A DNA stretch of 64,000 nt from Epithemia pelagica. Its lineage: Eukaryota > Protista > Bacillariophyta. A program made the translations under genes and the position numbers. Where the stretch lies: NCBI GenBank assembly GCA_946965045.2, contig OX337242.1:310001-374000 (forward strand), in the 5' to 3' direction. Below the pieces are notes generated by a model. That model was not told the DNA's origin, did no database searches, and saw only the letters and a list, made by a program, of their open reading frames with translations. Positions 23,743 to 34,970 of the stretch are shown piece by piece (position 1 is the first letter of the stretch; each line of letters begins with the position of its first letter).

Positions 23743-25502
23743 AAAACGACAAGGCTCTCAAATTTTCATTGCCTGTGGAGTCTGACGATATAGGCATCGA
23801 ACCCTGACATCCATGGATGCTCTTGCATGCTCCTTTCGGTTTGCTTGTATCAACCACAAAAGGAGTCAAATATTTTCCATGTGAGGGAGCATATCAAGAG
23901 AGCTCCAGGGTTCAATACGTTCGAGACGATCACCATAGCTGTCGCTGGCGTTTTGTCCCAGTTATACGAATAGACATCTGCTCTGACCACGCCATTGGAA
24001 CCGATACCTCTTTAAAACGTCATTTGAAGACTGACTAGGTAGGGACACTTGACACTAGCACTGAGTTGGTACCAACACAACCGAATTGAGGATGGAGTTG
24101 CATTTCACGATCAGACGCCAACATGAAAGGTACGAATACCTCGCTTCGCATACAGACGACTTCCTATAGACACAATGGTGGTCATGACATCGGTAGGAAG
24201 AGAGCTTTTGTCTCAAGTTGATCCTTCGTACCAAATGGACAATCACATGAAACCAGCTACCCAATTCAAACGCGAAGAGACAGAAGGTTCGACTCTCAAG
24301 CGACTTGATCACACGTCGAACTCTGCTCGTGACTGGTCACGAATCGAAGTTAGTACAGGTTTATGAGAGGACTACAGGGCAAATAAAACATGGCGTAATC
24401 TGACATTGATACTTCCACTTGGCAGTGAACCGCTCGACCACGGGAGAATTTGAACCTCGCGCATCTGGTCATGGCGTATCATGGACAACCCGGCAACGCA
24501 CGCCGAGACTAGAGATTGATCTACGAGTAGGTTTGATTGCGAAGGTCGTTGTCAAAAAAGATGCCAAGACACTTGGATAATGACCAAAGACCTTTTTGAT
24601 ATTCGTGATATTGCTTTCAACCTGCCCACGGAGAAATCATTCTGCTACTTTTTGTAGTACTTCGCCACGTCACACGTCACCGAACGACTGATAAAAATGA
24701 GAAAGCCAAATCTGGTTGCTCGTTGATGCAAATTAGTTGGGGGTTGTTAGTAGCTATCTTGCGTCTTACGTCGTATTGCCCAAGCACCAAGCAGCTCGCT
24801 ATTCGAATTCGAAAATGGCGTGAGGTGTGAGGTGTGAGGTTGGTACTCGTCCAAAAGCTCAAGTCCAACCGACAAGGTTGCTGCGTCACGTCATGGACCC
24901 TCGGCCTGATCAAACGCGCGTCACGCACTTGACGAATCACTGACCAAATAGACGAAAACTCGTCAAATGTGACGAGCCAGGATACCCCTAACAACAACAC
25001 GATAGAACGATGAAACTAACATGAAAGTACTAAGTAGATGATTATATGAAATGGCAATGATAAAGAATGGTTCCTAATGTTGCTTGAACCCTCCCATGAT
25101 GGAGGTTAGCTCCCTGTTTTGTCGTCCTCACCTTTGATGACATTAGCATTTAACATTATAGCGCCCCTGTTCTCACCTTTCCCTTCTCGCTCGTCATTTC
25201 ACCTGTTGCGGAATCTCTGGCTTCCTCTTCTTCGCTTTCATCATCTTCGTCTGACAAGGTTGGCTTGTCCTATTGCTGCTCGGGCCCCGGCTCGTACGCG
25301 TCGTCATCATCATCCGTCGTCATCACCCTTACCAGGGGGTCGTTTTCATTGTTGCTATTGTCAAGCACGGGTGGTAGGTCGTCGCTTACGTCCATGTTTC
25401 ATTTTAAAACCATTTTTGAGTGTTTCTCATTGTATCTGATATTGCTTGGCAAAGGTAAATAGAAGTTTCTATTTTCTATGAGTTTCTTTAATTCGTCACT
25501 GA

Positions 25503-25583
25503 TTCGTCAATGCCAAATCGGGAGACGTGACATGGGGGGTATTTGGCCACGTCAGCTGACGCGCGTCAATGTTGACGCCGTCA
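25503..25583. promoter_or_regulatory. Dense cluster of TGACG/CGTCA (bZIP-type) half-sites upstream of the ankyrin gene
   Basis: ttcgtca...ccacgtcagctgacgcgcgtcaatgttgacgccgtca gives six half-sites in ~80 bp. Further ACGTCA at 24667, 24674 and 24888. Confidence 0.45.
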
Positions 25584-25968
25584 CAGAGAGCACCGAGGAC
25601 TGGGGGATTTTGATTTTTGATGGGTGGTTGGGGCCTTCAAGAACTGTGACTGTCGTGGTACCTCAGATATCAAACATTGGAATCGACTTCTGTCGTTTCT
25701 TATAATCATATTATAGAATGCATAGAGTATTTTTGTCTCACCCAAGAAGTTTGTATAGATTTAGAAGAAGGCCAACCCCGAATAGACAAATTAGTGACCG
25801 TTCCCTATTGATCTCATTCATCTACAGTATAATCGAAGCTCTGTATTACCCAGTAGACTTCGTTGCTTGGATCAGATTCTCAAACAAGAACGATCGAATG
25901 CACCTCTCATTTGGTTTTCGAAATCATGTCATCATAACTCTCACCGAGACAACAAAAGAGAAACGAAA

Positions 25969-27446
25969 ATGGCGTGCCCCGATGATTCTGCGCCCAGCGC
26001 AAGTACGAAGCGGCAGCCCCGCATCCCAGTTACACTTCAAGCTGTGATGATCATGTCGCAAAGAGGCAAAGATGTAGTCAAGCCTCCGCCCAACGGTGTC
26101 GCTTTCAAGAGCTTTACTCGCTGGTTTCCTTGTCGCAACAGTTCGAAAAAGACCTCATCTGTCAACGACGATACGGCGCCAGGAGCTTCCCCAGATTTCA
26201 TCACTGACTCTGCCTCTTGTCAAGACCATCTGGAGACTCGCACGACGTGTAGTGATGATACTTATAATACGTATACGTCTGCTGACACAGTTGGAACCCA
26301 ACCAAGAACCAAAAAGAAGAAAAAGGTAAGAAGAGATAAGCTATGTTTCACATGTCACCGAATCAACGATATTGCTTCAAAAGTACCAATGTGACGTAAA
26401 CAGCGGTACTCATGCAAGGTTCATTCGTGTTGTTTCGTTCACAGCCATTTGGTAGGAAATCAACACGTAAGTGTTCAAATTCTGGATCTCCTGAAAAGCC
26501 CCTTGGTTTGTCTACGCCCAAGAAGAATCGTCACATTTCTCCTCAAGCCTACTTGACATCAATGCTCAAGACACGTGGCTACAATACAACCATACATCGA
26601 GCGTTGGGCAGTGGCTACTTTCAAAGACCCAGTCCTTTGGATCTTGCAAGTTTTGGCTCTTACATGGAGCATATGATTGAAAGCAACAACGCGGAGGAAT
26701 TGAAGCAAGCTCTCGAGACCGGCTTGTCCCCCAATGCATGTGAACATCCGGATGGGTTTTCCATCGTGCACAGGGTATGTGAGAAGGGATTCAAGGAGAG
26801 TCTACAAGTGCTTCTTCTCGAAGAATACGAGGGCCGTGTGGATGTTGTGGATAGTTCTGGTCGAACACCGTTGCACATGGCGTGTTTGGGACTTCGTGAG
26901 GACGAAAACAGGGAACCGTGCTTTGAAATCATTGACTTGATTTTGAAGCAACATAAACGACTCTTCTACCTTGCTGATGACCAAGGCCGTCTCCCTCTTG
27001 CCTGCCTTCCAGAGAGACATTGGACAGCGTGGACGCGATATCTCATGTCACGAAAAGAAGAGTACTGGCCCGAACGAGATGTGAAAACTCTTGGATTTGA
27101 GAAAGAAGACCCCGTTGCCGTACAACCGCCTCTGTCGTTGTGTAACGAGAACGAGAAAGATGTCATTTCGCTCCACCTGGCCTTACAGGTAGCAGAAGGC
27201 CATGTGTCGCCATTGGAAGCTTTGATTCAGCGAGTTTCGGCGGATGTGAATGATTTGGACGCAGATTTTTGCTCGGATGACGACGACAGCATGAGTGACA
27301 GCGACGAGGATGATTCATTTGATGAGGACGACGACGATGATGATGAAGAATGGAGCGAAAGTACGTTCGATCAGGATGAACTGGAAGAAATCCTTGGTTG
27401 TATTGGTAGCTCCAGACCCGTCGCATGGACCAGTACCAAGGCCTGA
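25969..27446 (+). CDS. Ankyrin-repeat protein with acidic C-terminus; exons 25969-26325 and 26445-27446
   Basis: GLSPNACEHPDGFSIVHRVC, DSSGRTPLHMAC and DDQGRLPLAC ankyrin motifs. The intron 26326-26444 (gtaaga...acag) joins KKKK|PFGR in frame. Confidence 0.85.
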
Positions 27447-28045
27447 TCTAAGTGTTGTCTCTCTGCTGTCCGGGGTACAACGAGAAAAAAGTGATATATA
27501 TTTGTTCTGCAGTGCTGAGGTAGAACATACCGATGGTGGTGCTTTGCCTACATTGTGGATAAGGAATACTACGCCAGGAGTATAGTTTTGTTTGTTCTCC
27601 CCCCGATCTCTCATGTCTTTCTTGACATCCAAAGATTCATAGAGTTGTATTTCCGAGAATGAGTAGGAGAGGCCGCTTCTCTTCGATCTGGTAATCAGCA
27701 AAATCAGTGATCGCGGTTTCTAGTGTGCGATTGTTGTCGTTGGATGCAAAAGAGCATGCCGCCAGACGCACCGGAAACACCAAGTAGGATGCAAAGCGTT
27801 GAGAACGGTTATTTTGCGTTGCCTGTCGTAATAATAAACAAACATCGCGCACCCCTTCACGCTCTCCGGCACCACCTCGTTCACTATTTCGAAAAATCAA
27901 CATTCAACGACTGAGACATTAAAACGCCCCAAAACCTCGATCAACGGTGCTTGTTTGCCACCATAGCGTGTCTCAATAGGATTCGTCATTATTTACATGA
28001 ATGGGCACTTTTCCTGCAGTCATTGACTTGAAACGAATATTTGAA

Positions 28046-28789
28046 ATGCTGTGGACGGATCGACATGCTCAAGATGTATCAATAAGGTGGCCGCAAAGGA
28101 TTCTGGAAACCATCATGGCGGTAGTCTTTCTACAGACTGTAATGCTTTTCAGAGTGTCAGAGAGTTCCGTTCTTCGAGGAAATCCACAACCCATGGCGGC
28201 CATGAAGAGAATGAAGCCCAAAAAGATGAAAGTCTCCATGAATATGAAGACACCCAAAGCAGTGCATTCTGGAACGTCGTCTGTGTTGTCGTCGTCCTCC
28301 TCTTCCACTTCCATGCTGGGACGGGGGAGTGGTGTTGTGAATGGAGCACGAGGGGGGTATCATGCGACGCAGGAAACATACATTACAACATCCGTGCTTG
28401 CTAGTGACGCTGCTGGGACCCGACTACCAGCTGCTACAATGAGCGGTGGTGTCGCAACTCGCGGCAACGTGCGACCAATGGGGATGAAGATGATGAAACA
28501 GAACAAGCGGGGAATGCAAGCTTCGTTTATTGCCGGAGGAGGGTGCCGTGAACACGGTCCCAAGAGACAGAACAATCTCAATTCTCATCATTCCACCTTG
28601 TGCGACAAGATGATACAAAACAACGAAAACAACAACAACAATGACTATGGTGACGATTATTATTACTACTATGATGACGACCTCGAAGATGATGGCATTA
28701 TGTACTCGTCGGCTCCCAAGAAGAGCCCCTATGACAATCTTCAAGCTCAGGCACAGTCGTTGTATCGAGGAAAGAAAAACTCTGGTTAA
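28046..28789 (+). CDS. Hypothetical low-complexity, possibly secreted Met/Lys-rich protein
   Basis: Open frame with hydrophobic AVVFLQTVMLFRVSESSVLRG, MKRMKPKKMK, MGMKMMKQ and DDYYYYYDDD. Start codon uncertain (28046 or 28115). Confidence 0.6.
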   Translation: MLWTDRHAQDVSIRWPQRILETIMAVVFLQTVMLFRVSESSVLRGNPQPMAAMKRMKPKKMKVSMNMKTPKAVHSGTSSVLSSSSSSTSMLGRGSGVVNGARGGYHATQETYITTSVLASDAAGTRLPAATMSGGVATRGNVRPMGMKMMKQNKRGMQASFIAGGGCREHGPKRQNNLNSHHSTLCDKMIQNNENNNNNDYGDDYYYYYDDDLEDDGIMYSSAPKKSPYDNLQAQAQSLYRGKKNSG

Positions 28790-29037
28790 CTTGAGTCCCC
28801 ATTGCGGTACAGCCGATGACGCAGATAGATTCCGAATGTGATTAAATACATGAAGTACGACATTTGTTGCAATGGTACGCACTATTTGATTCCCTAGCTG
28901 CGTTGGTTCTGAGCTGTTGATGTTGTGGATTTGTTACCAATCTCTGCACCATCACCATGAAAAATATCGTCCATACGATCTCACGTTATGTGCATTTCAC
29001 TTCCCGGCACAGTGAACAATTGTCTCCAAATTACTCA

Positions 29038-30582
29038 CTAAGATGCCGTCAAATCAGGCATGGGTTCATTCGAGTCCGGAGTGGATCTTGGTAGCTTCGC
29101 ACTCTTTTGTTCAGTCAAGTTGGCGAAGTGTTCATTCAAATCAGGCTTGGGTTCATTCGAGTCCGGAATGGATCTTGATAGCTTCGCAGTCTTCTGTTCC
29201 GTCAAGTTGGCGAAATGTTCAGTCAGATCAGGATTGGGTTCATTCGATTCCGGAAGGGATCTCGGTTGCTCCGCCTTTTCGTGTTCATCCCAGTCGGTGA
29301 TGTGTTCGATCCTTTCAGGAATGGGTTCATTCGATTCCGGAATGGATCCCAGTAGCTCCTCATCCTTGTGTTCAGTCAAGTCGGGGTTATGCTCGTCGAA
29401 ATCAGGAACGGGATCATTCAAGTTCGGAGTGAATACCGACATCTCCATAACGGATTTGGAAGAATCGTTCTCCCTGGTACTAATGAATTGCAAATCAATT
29501 ATACCACAGCTAAACCCAAAATAGAAAGAACAGAGAACAACCAAACCCGCAACAGAAAGAACAATGGAAATTGCGATCGTTGCACCATTGTCAAGGCCCC
29601 CACTTGAGCCATTGTGAGCTTGCATTGACTCAGGCTCGTTTGGTGGAGACGCTTGTGACGGAGCCAGAGTTGGTTCCGAGGAAGGACTGGACGCTGTCTT
29701 GGTTCCCGTTGGCGACGGTGGCGTGGATTGTGGAGGCGAGGGATTGGGCGGTGTCTTGGTCCCCGTTGGCGACGGTGGCGTTGATTGCGGAGGCGAAGGA
29801 CTGGGCGGTGTCTTGGTCCCCATTGGAGACGGTGGCTTGGAGGGCGAAGGTGTCACTGTGCTACCAACAGATCCTTCAGACTCGTATTCTAGCACCAGTT
29901 TGGGAGCTAACCCTGGACACAAACTGGAATAGAGCGAGTCGCATTCTCGTGTATAGTACTTGGGACGGAACGTGTTGAGATCATCTACCAAAATAAAGCC
30001 TTGATAGGTATTGTTGACGACCACTTCTTGCAAGACTGTAATGTCAAGAGGAAACTCAGTCAGTATCGGATTGCCAGTATTACTTGCATAGGGTGCTTGG
30101 CGTCCCACTGGTAAGCTAGAATCAAAGTCGCCTCCAGGTGTATCCCACGGGTGGTTCCAGGTCGAATGTCCTGGAAGCGCTATTCCACCGCGTCCACTTC
30201 CTTCAATCCAGGGCGTAGTCACAACGTAGACTTGAGCACATCCAACCACCAAGGGATCACTGGATTCGACACATTCGACGGGGTTGCTATCAATGACTGC
30301 CCACAATTGAATGGTTGCACTGATGAGTCTTTGGCCATTGTGAGCAAAGGAGCTAGCTGTCAATGGAAACGACAAGAGTCCACGCCATGTTCGGGTTCCA
30401 AAGTTGGACGTTCCAACGTAGATACTTCCATCCCGTCCGTTGTTCGTTTCACTCTCATTTGGATTGGCTGTGTCGATGCCAATCATGGTATCCTTGCTCG
30501 CGGTCAGCTCAATCGTGTCCGCAGCGGCCTTTCGCATCATCCACGCGAGAATAAAGAGAAACACACATGAGAAGATTCTCAT
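29038..30582 (-). CDS. Type I membrane protein: signal peptide, DNRLRE-like domain, Pro/Ser/Thr stalk, TM helix, repetitive cytoplasmic tail
   Basis: KDTMIG...NNGRDGSIYVG...RGLLSF...SATIQL...VYVVTTPWIEG...STWNHPWDTPGGDF...PKLVLEY follows the DNRLRE pattern. TM segment ATIAISIVLSVAGLVVLCSFYFGF. No intron needed. Confidence 0.8.
   Translation of the reverse strand: MRIFSCVFLFILAWMMRKAAADTIELTASKDTMIGIDTANPNESETNNGRDGSIYVGTSNFGTRTWRGLLSFPLTASSFAHNGQRLISATIQLWAVIDSNPVECVESSDPLVVGCAQVYVVTTPWIEGSGRGGIALPGHSTWNHPWDTPGGDFDSSLPVGRQAPYASNTGNPILTEFPLDITVLQEVVVNNTYQGFILVDDLNTFRPKYYTRECDSLYSSLCPGLAPKLVLEYESEGSVGSTVTPSPSKPPSPMGTKTPPSPSPPQSTPPSPTGTKTPPNPSPPQSTPPSPTGTKTASSPSSEPTLAPSQASPPNEPESMQAHNGSSGGLDNGATIAISIVLSVAGLVVLCSFYFGFSCGIIDLQFISTRENDSSKSVMEMSVFTPNLNDPVPDFDEHNPDLTEHKDEELLGSIPESNEPIPERIEHITDWDEHEKAEQPRSLPESNEPNPDLTEHFANLTEQKTAKLSRSIPDSNEPKPDLNEHFANLTEQKSAKLPRSTPDSNEPMPDLTAS
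29043..29400 (-). repeat. Coding tandem repeat, 87 bp (29 aa), ~3.5 copies
   Basis: S(I/L/T)P(E/D)SNEPxPDLxEHFANLTEQKxAKLxR units. Confidence 0.9.
29690..29850 (-). repeat. Coding tandem repeat, 57 bp (19 aa), ~2.5 copies
   Basis: PSPPQSTPPSPTGTKTPP units in the stalk. Confidence 0.9.
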
Positions 30583-31280
30583 GATATGCCTTTATCAATA
30601 GATAGGAAAAGATCCAGGACCGTGGGCTTCTTGGTTGCTTTTATCAAGAGTCGAGAGAGTAAATAATGGGAATGTTGGACTGAATTCTCCATAGATGAGA
30701 GGCCGAAAGCCGATAGCCCACAGATGGAGAACATTCCCCATTCGCGCTTTACTTGCGGAACCTTGCGTTCTTTGGCTGTGGGTTTGGGACTCCTTGCTTC
30801 TTGAGGTACTCCTACTTTTATGTGGTAAACCTATTGTATTGTAGAAGCTTGCGAAAACTTGCGACCTTTTGACGAATCTACGAGATTCGTCACGGGACTC
30901 GTGCAGTCACGGAAATATTGCTACAATAGAGTACGCATGCTTGCAAAACGACAGGCGCGCGGTTCGCGGATAGATTTCGAGCGCGTCGAGTTGCTTCTTT
31001 TCCCTCAACAGCAACAAAAATGGCCAATCCTCTCCTAAGCGAACTACAGCCAACAGCCCGTGCTGTTTGCTGCCAAGGAACGTGGAGCCATTTCAGAAAC
31101 AGATAGAAGAGCATGCCGTCAAACAGCTTGTTGACATTTACTGGAATTCATGCTGGAAAGCGATAATCCAAAGAGAACAAACAATTGGTGTGTGTTCACA
31201 TTAGGGATCGTCTTGGGGTCGGTCGAGGAACTTTCAAACCACACACAGAGTGCCAATTGAAACGTATCATACTGGATGCC

Positions 31281-32054
31281 ATGCTGCAAATGCTACCCCA
31301 AGTCACAGAGATGGCAATCGACCGCAAAACGGATCATGCAGTAAATATGGATGCTGGTATTCATTATTTTCCCGAAACGGCTGTACAAGTCATGGCCAGA
31401 GTCAAAAGGATCCTGTTTGGGCTCTTCGCATTCTTGATGCATGGTGTTCAATCGCTGTTAGTACTCTTGCAAGAATCTAGTGCATGGACTGTCAAGAACG
31501 ACCAGAGAAACTGGAAGGATAAATCGAGGGGCTCCAAAGAAGAAGAGCAGTTACTGAAACCTGCCCACCGTTCCGAGAAGGTCCTTGACCCGGAGACGAC
31601 TCGGACAGATCTACCAAGATTCCAATCCTCTTCCCACCGTCGAATGACACCATCACGACCGTCACTAGTATTCCCACATGTCCGAAAATCACAAAGAAGC
31701 GAACGGGTCCGATTCAGTCATGTTCATATTCGTAACTACAACGTTGTGACCATTGTGGACCAGGAACCCACTCCTCTGGCAGCTTGGATGATATTTTTGC
31801 CGCAAGCCTATACAGTATCTGGTTCCTTGCGGAAAAGCTTGGATTGGACCTATGGCAAGGGAGTCCAATGGTCACTGGATTCGTTTGAGTTGATGCGAGG
31901 AGGAGGAGTGCTATCGCTACCGTGCCGCCCATCTCAAACACGCAAAAAGATCTCCTTGGGCAAACCTGTCCAAGTCTCAGCCGCACACAAGCTTTTGGAA
32001 GAGAAGAGTCGCATGAATCATCTGACACCACAGGCAATCCATCATGTCAAGTAG
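31281..32054 (+). CDS. Hypothetical protein with an RVRFSHVHIRNY...SLDW motif
   Basis: Long open frame; the motif loosely resembles that of 5275..5868. Start uncertain. Confidence 0.55.
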   Translation: MLQMLPQVTEMAIDRKTDHAVNMDAGIHYFPETAVQVMARVKRILFGLFAFLMHGVQSLLVLLQESSAWTVKNDQRNWKDKSRGSKEEEQLLKPAHRSEKVLDPETTRTDLPRFQSSSHRRMTPSRPSLVFPHVRKSQRSERVRFSHVHIRNYNVVTIVDQEPTPLAAWMIFLPQAYTVSGSLRKSLDWTYGKGVQWSLDSFELMRGGGVLSLPCRPSQTRKKISLGKPVQVSAAHKLLEEKSRMNHLTPQAIHHVK

Positions 32055-32456
32055 ACAAGGTGGGACACAATCAGGAGCTGTGGATTATCATCGGTTTCAA
32101 AGATACCCAATAGAAGTGTTAGAATGTGTAGAAATCTTAGGAAGTGTCGGTTCCTCATTTCAAACGTTGGAAGTAGATACTACCCAACACACTCGGTTCA
32201 ATGGTCATGGTTCTGGTGGCATTGCTCGATGCTACATATGCTAAGAGAATTGTACTTGAGCGACTTCAATACAGTGTCTTCTATGATATCTTATGCGATG
32301 GTTGACTTATATTCGTTACCTTTCTATAGGATTCCCTTCCTGTCCTTTCATCCCCCGGACTGTGTTTGCTATTAAAGTGTCGACTATATATGAGAATCAA
32401 CTGTGTGAGTGTGTGCTGTAGATGGGAGTGTGCGCCAATCGCTTTCGATTTCGATA

Positions 32457-34970
32457 TTACGAGGGACGAGAGGTTCGTGGACCACCAAACGGAGCCCGCA
32501 AAACAACTGGCGCTGGTTCAATATCCAGTTCCATGACCAGTTGATCAATTCGATCTTCCTCACTCAAAATGGTGGTACTCTCAACTCGTTGTGACTCTTG
32601 TTCCTCCGCATGTTTCACGTCCTGATGTTCATCTTCTTCCATTCCATCGCTTGTCGTGGTCGTCGTCTTGCGCGTTGTCCTGGTGGTGGTGGTTTCCACT
32701 GTGGTTCTCGTGGTACTTGTTTTGGAGCGAGTGGACCACGACAGTGGATCATGTTGCAAAAAGTCTTCTCCATCGGCAAAACTTTGCGTCGCATGTAGAC
32801 CTCCCATGCGTCGACGGCCCACCACCAAGGAGGGTCGTTGTCGCCGAAACATATCACGACGACGGTCATGACCCGTGGTCGCTGCACTATCATCATCATC
32901 TTCTTCCTTTTGTGGATCGGTCGTTGGTGGTGACAGTCGACGACGACGTCGTGGTTGTTCACTATGACATCGTTCCAGACGAGGTCGTCGTTGATACTGC
33001 TGTTGTTGTTCTAGGGTCTGCGGTAGCTGTGGTTCCCATTCGGAACGATGATCATCGTCATCGGGAAAGAGTCCCCGTTTCACGGCATCCAACACGAGAG
33101 GATCGTAAAACAAGACCGTGTCTCCACCAATGACAGTATTATTGTTGTGGTCGACCAAAGGTTCATCATCAAACAACAAATCGTCCTCTTCCAATTGCCG
33201 TTTGGAAGACGAGGGCGAAGAGTCGAACCGCACGGCGGTAGCAACTCCTTCTTGCTCATCATTTGGAGGATGAGCCATTTCCCACGCCGCATGTTCCACC
33301 ACCTCGTCCAGGGAATGCGACCCTGGAGAAGAACCATGCAGGGGCGGCGAACGGCGAGACCAAGGACCAGCATCATCCGAGGATGTCAAGTCCATTTGTT
33401 CCATCATGGGATTGATGAAACAATTGGTGCGTGAGCCAGCAGCACCACGAGATGGGGAAGAATGCAAGGGTGACGAGGATGGGTGTTGGAACAGGGACGG
33501 TTCCATGCTGGAGGAAGTGTGGCTGAGGATTGGGTTCCATGTCAGGGACTGCGACATGTGGTTCCAACTGGAACGATCCATTCCAGTACTTTGTTGTTGT
33601 TGTTGTTGTTGCTCGGAAAACATATCCTGTCGTAAACTTGCTGTCAAAAAGGAGGAGGAAGAGGATGATCCATGCAAGAGCATGGATCGTGTCGTGGCCG
33701 AATCCATCCAATCGGGTGCCACCGACGGGTAAGCCGTCGTTACGGAAGCAGCACCAGGGTTGGATACTGCGGCTGCCGCAGTCAAGGGTGCATACGCAAA
33801 GGGCCGTACCGCACCGGCGGGTGGAGAATTGGAAGCCACAAGATCATGGTCGTCCGTCCTGGACCGTTCCTGTACCATGGCCGATGGAATCTGGGTCGGA
33901 GAGTGAGCCTCGGTCCGTTCTGTGCCAGTACAACTCGTCGTACTAATCGAGGATGACGATGACGTCGACATGCTGGGAATCCGCAGGGCTTGCGAGATTT
34001 TGGCCAAGGCCTTTTCTTGGGAGATTTCATACCATTCTTCTCGCTTTGTCGTGTTGCTCTTGGGCGATGACGTTGTGGTTGTTGTGGTGGTTGTGGTAGG
34101 GGCATTACTCCTGACGAGGCGCTTGTCCAAAAAGCGACCTCCTCGCGCGCGAATGGTGGCATAAATGGTATTGGAAATGGCCGTCTTGTCGGCTCGTCGT
34201 TGGGCCATGGTATACGCCGCACGATGATCGTCGACCAAGGCTCGGTACCGTCGATTGCCGACAAATTCTCGCACCTCTTGCGATCGTCCCAGCGGTACAT
34301 CCCAGTCGCCCCATCCCCGGTCGTTGGTGGTAGTGCATGTTGTTGTAGTACTACTGGAAGGAGTGGGTGGTTCGGCATGGTGGCTGCTGCTGCTACGACT
34401 CGGTTCCACAGTCTCATCTTTGAGATTTGTTTCCATTCTTCCAAGATTTTTGGGTTTGGTAGAGGATTCGACCCGAACCGTGTCGGATCCTTTGGATGCG
34501 CGACTGTGGTTGGTTCTCCTTCGCGAAGGAGAAATGGACCATGAACGAGATGACAAGTGTGGTTGTTGTTGTTGTTGGATTGGTGAGGATTGTTCTACGT
34601 GTATTCTCGTAGTGGATTCGAGTGATGTCGTCGTCAAGGCAAGCAACGCTTCGTTGTTCAACCGTGGTGTCCAATCCAAGGGAGGAACCGGGTGGTCGTT
34701 GAGTTCGTAGTTGTCGTCGTTGGGATGCGTGTCTTCATCGCCCTCGAGGGCACCAATGGGACTGGACAACAAGTCTTCGGGTGTGGGAGCATTCATGGAG
34801 TGTTGTGGTGGCTGTCGGTTGGTAGTAGTTGTAGTGTTGGTGATCAAAGTCTTGGAAAAATCTGTTGGTTTGTATCGTGAATCCGAAAGTGCTCGAGCAG
34901 TCGTACCAGTATTCGCAGTAGTAGTAGGAGGAGTCTTTGGAGAAGTAGCACGTTCCTCGTTATCGTTCAT
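32457..34970 (-). CDS. DUF6824-domain protein (diatom-expanded, putative DNA-binding) with long disordered flanks
   Basis: DVPLGRSQEVREFVGNRRYRALV...KTAISNTIYATIRARGGRFL...WYEISQEKALAKISQALR at ~33981-34302. Likely start ATG 34970 (MNDNEE). Confidence 0.85.
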   Translation of the reverse strand: MNDNEERATSPKTPPTTTANTGTTARALSDSRYKPTDFSKTLITNTTTTTNRQPPQHSMNAPTPEDLLSSPIGALEGDEDTHPNDDNYELNDHPVPPLDWTPRLNNEALLALTTTSLESTTRIHVEQSSPIQQQQQPHLSSRSWSISPSRRRTNHSRASKGSDTVRVESSTKPKNLGRMETNLKDETVEPSRSSSSHHAEPPTPSSSTTTTCTTTNDRGWGDWDVPLGRSQEVREFVGNRRYRALVDDHRAAYTMAQRRADKTAISNTIYATIRARGGRFLDKRLVRSNAPTTTTTTTTTSSPKSNTTKREEWYEISQEKALAKISQALRIPSMSTSSSSSISTTSCTGTERTEAHSPTQIPSAMVQERSRTDDHDLVASNSPPAGAVRPFAYAPLTAAAAVSNPGAASVTTAYPSVAPDWMDSATTRSMLLHGSSSSSSFLTASLRQDMFSEQQQQQQQSTGMDRSSWNHMSQSLTWNPILSHTSSSMEPSLFQHPSSSPLHSSPSRGAAGSRTNCFINPMMEQMDLTSSDDAGPWSRRSPPLHGSSPGSHSLDEVVEHAAWEMAHPPNDEQEGVATAVRFDSSPSSSKRQLEEDDLLFDDEPLVDHNNNTVIGGDTVLFYDPLVLDAVKRGLFPDDDDHRSEWEPQLPQTLEQQQQYQRRPRLERCHSEQPRRRRRLSPPTTDPQKEEDDDDSAATTGHDRRRDMFRRQRPSLVVGRRRMGGLHATQSFADGEDFLQHDPLSWSTRSKTSTTRTTVETTTTRTTRKTTTTTSDGMEEDEHQDVKHAEEQESQRVESTTILSEEDRIDQLVMELDIEPAPVVLRAPFGGPRTSRPS

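Noticed and set aside
24430-24520. tRNA-like T-loop (ggttcaaattc on the minus strand)
   Set aside because: Imperfect B box, mismatched T stem, no A box or cloverleaf.
25150-25400. Acidic coding-like fragments on the minus strand (MDVSDDLPPVLD..., DEDDESEEEE)
   Set aside because: Interrupted by stops, with no recognisable gene or retroelement motif; cannot be assigned.
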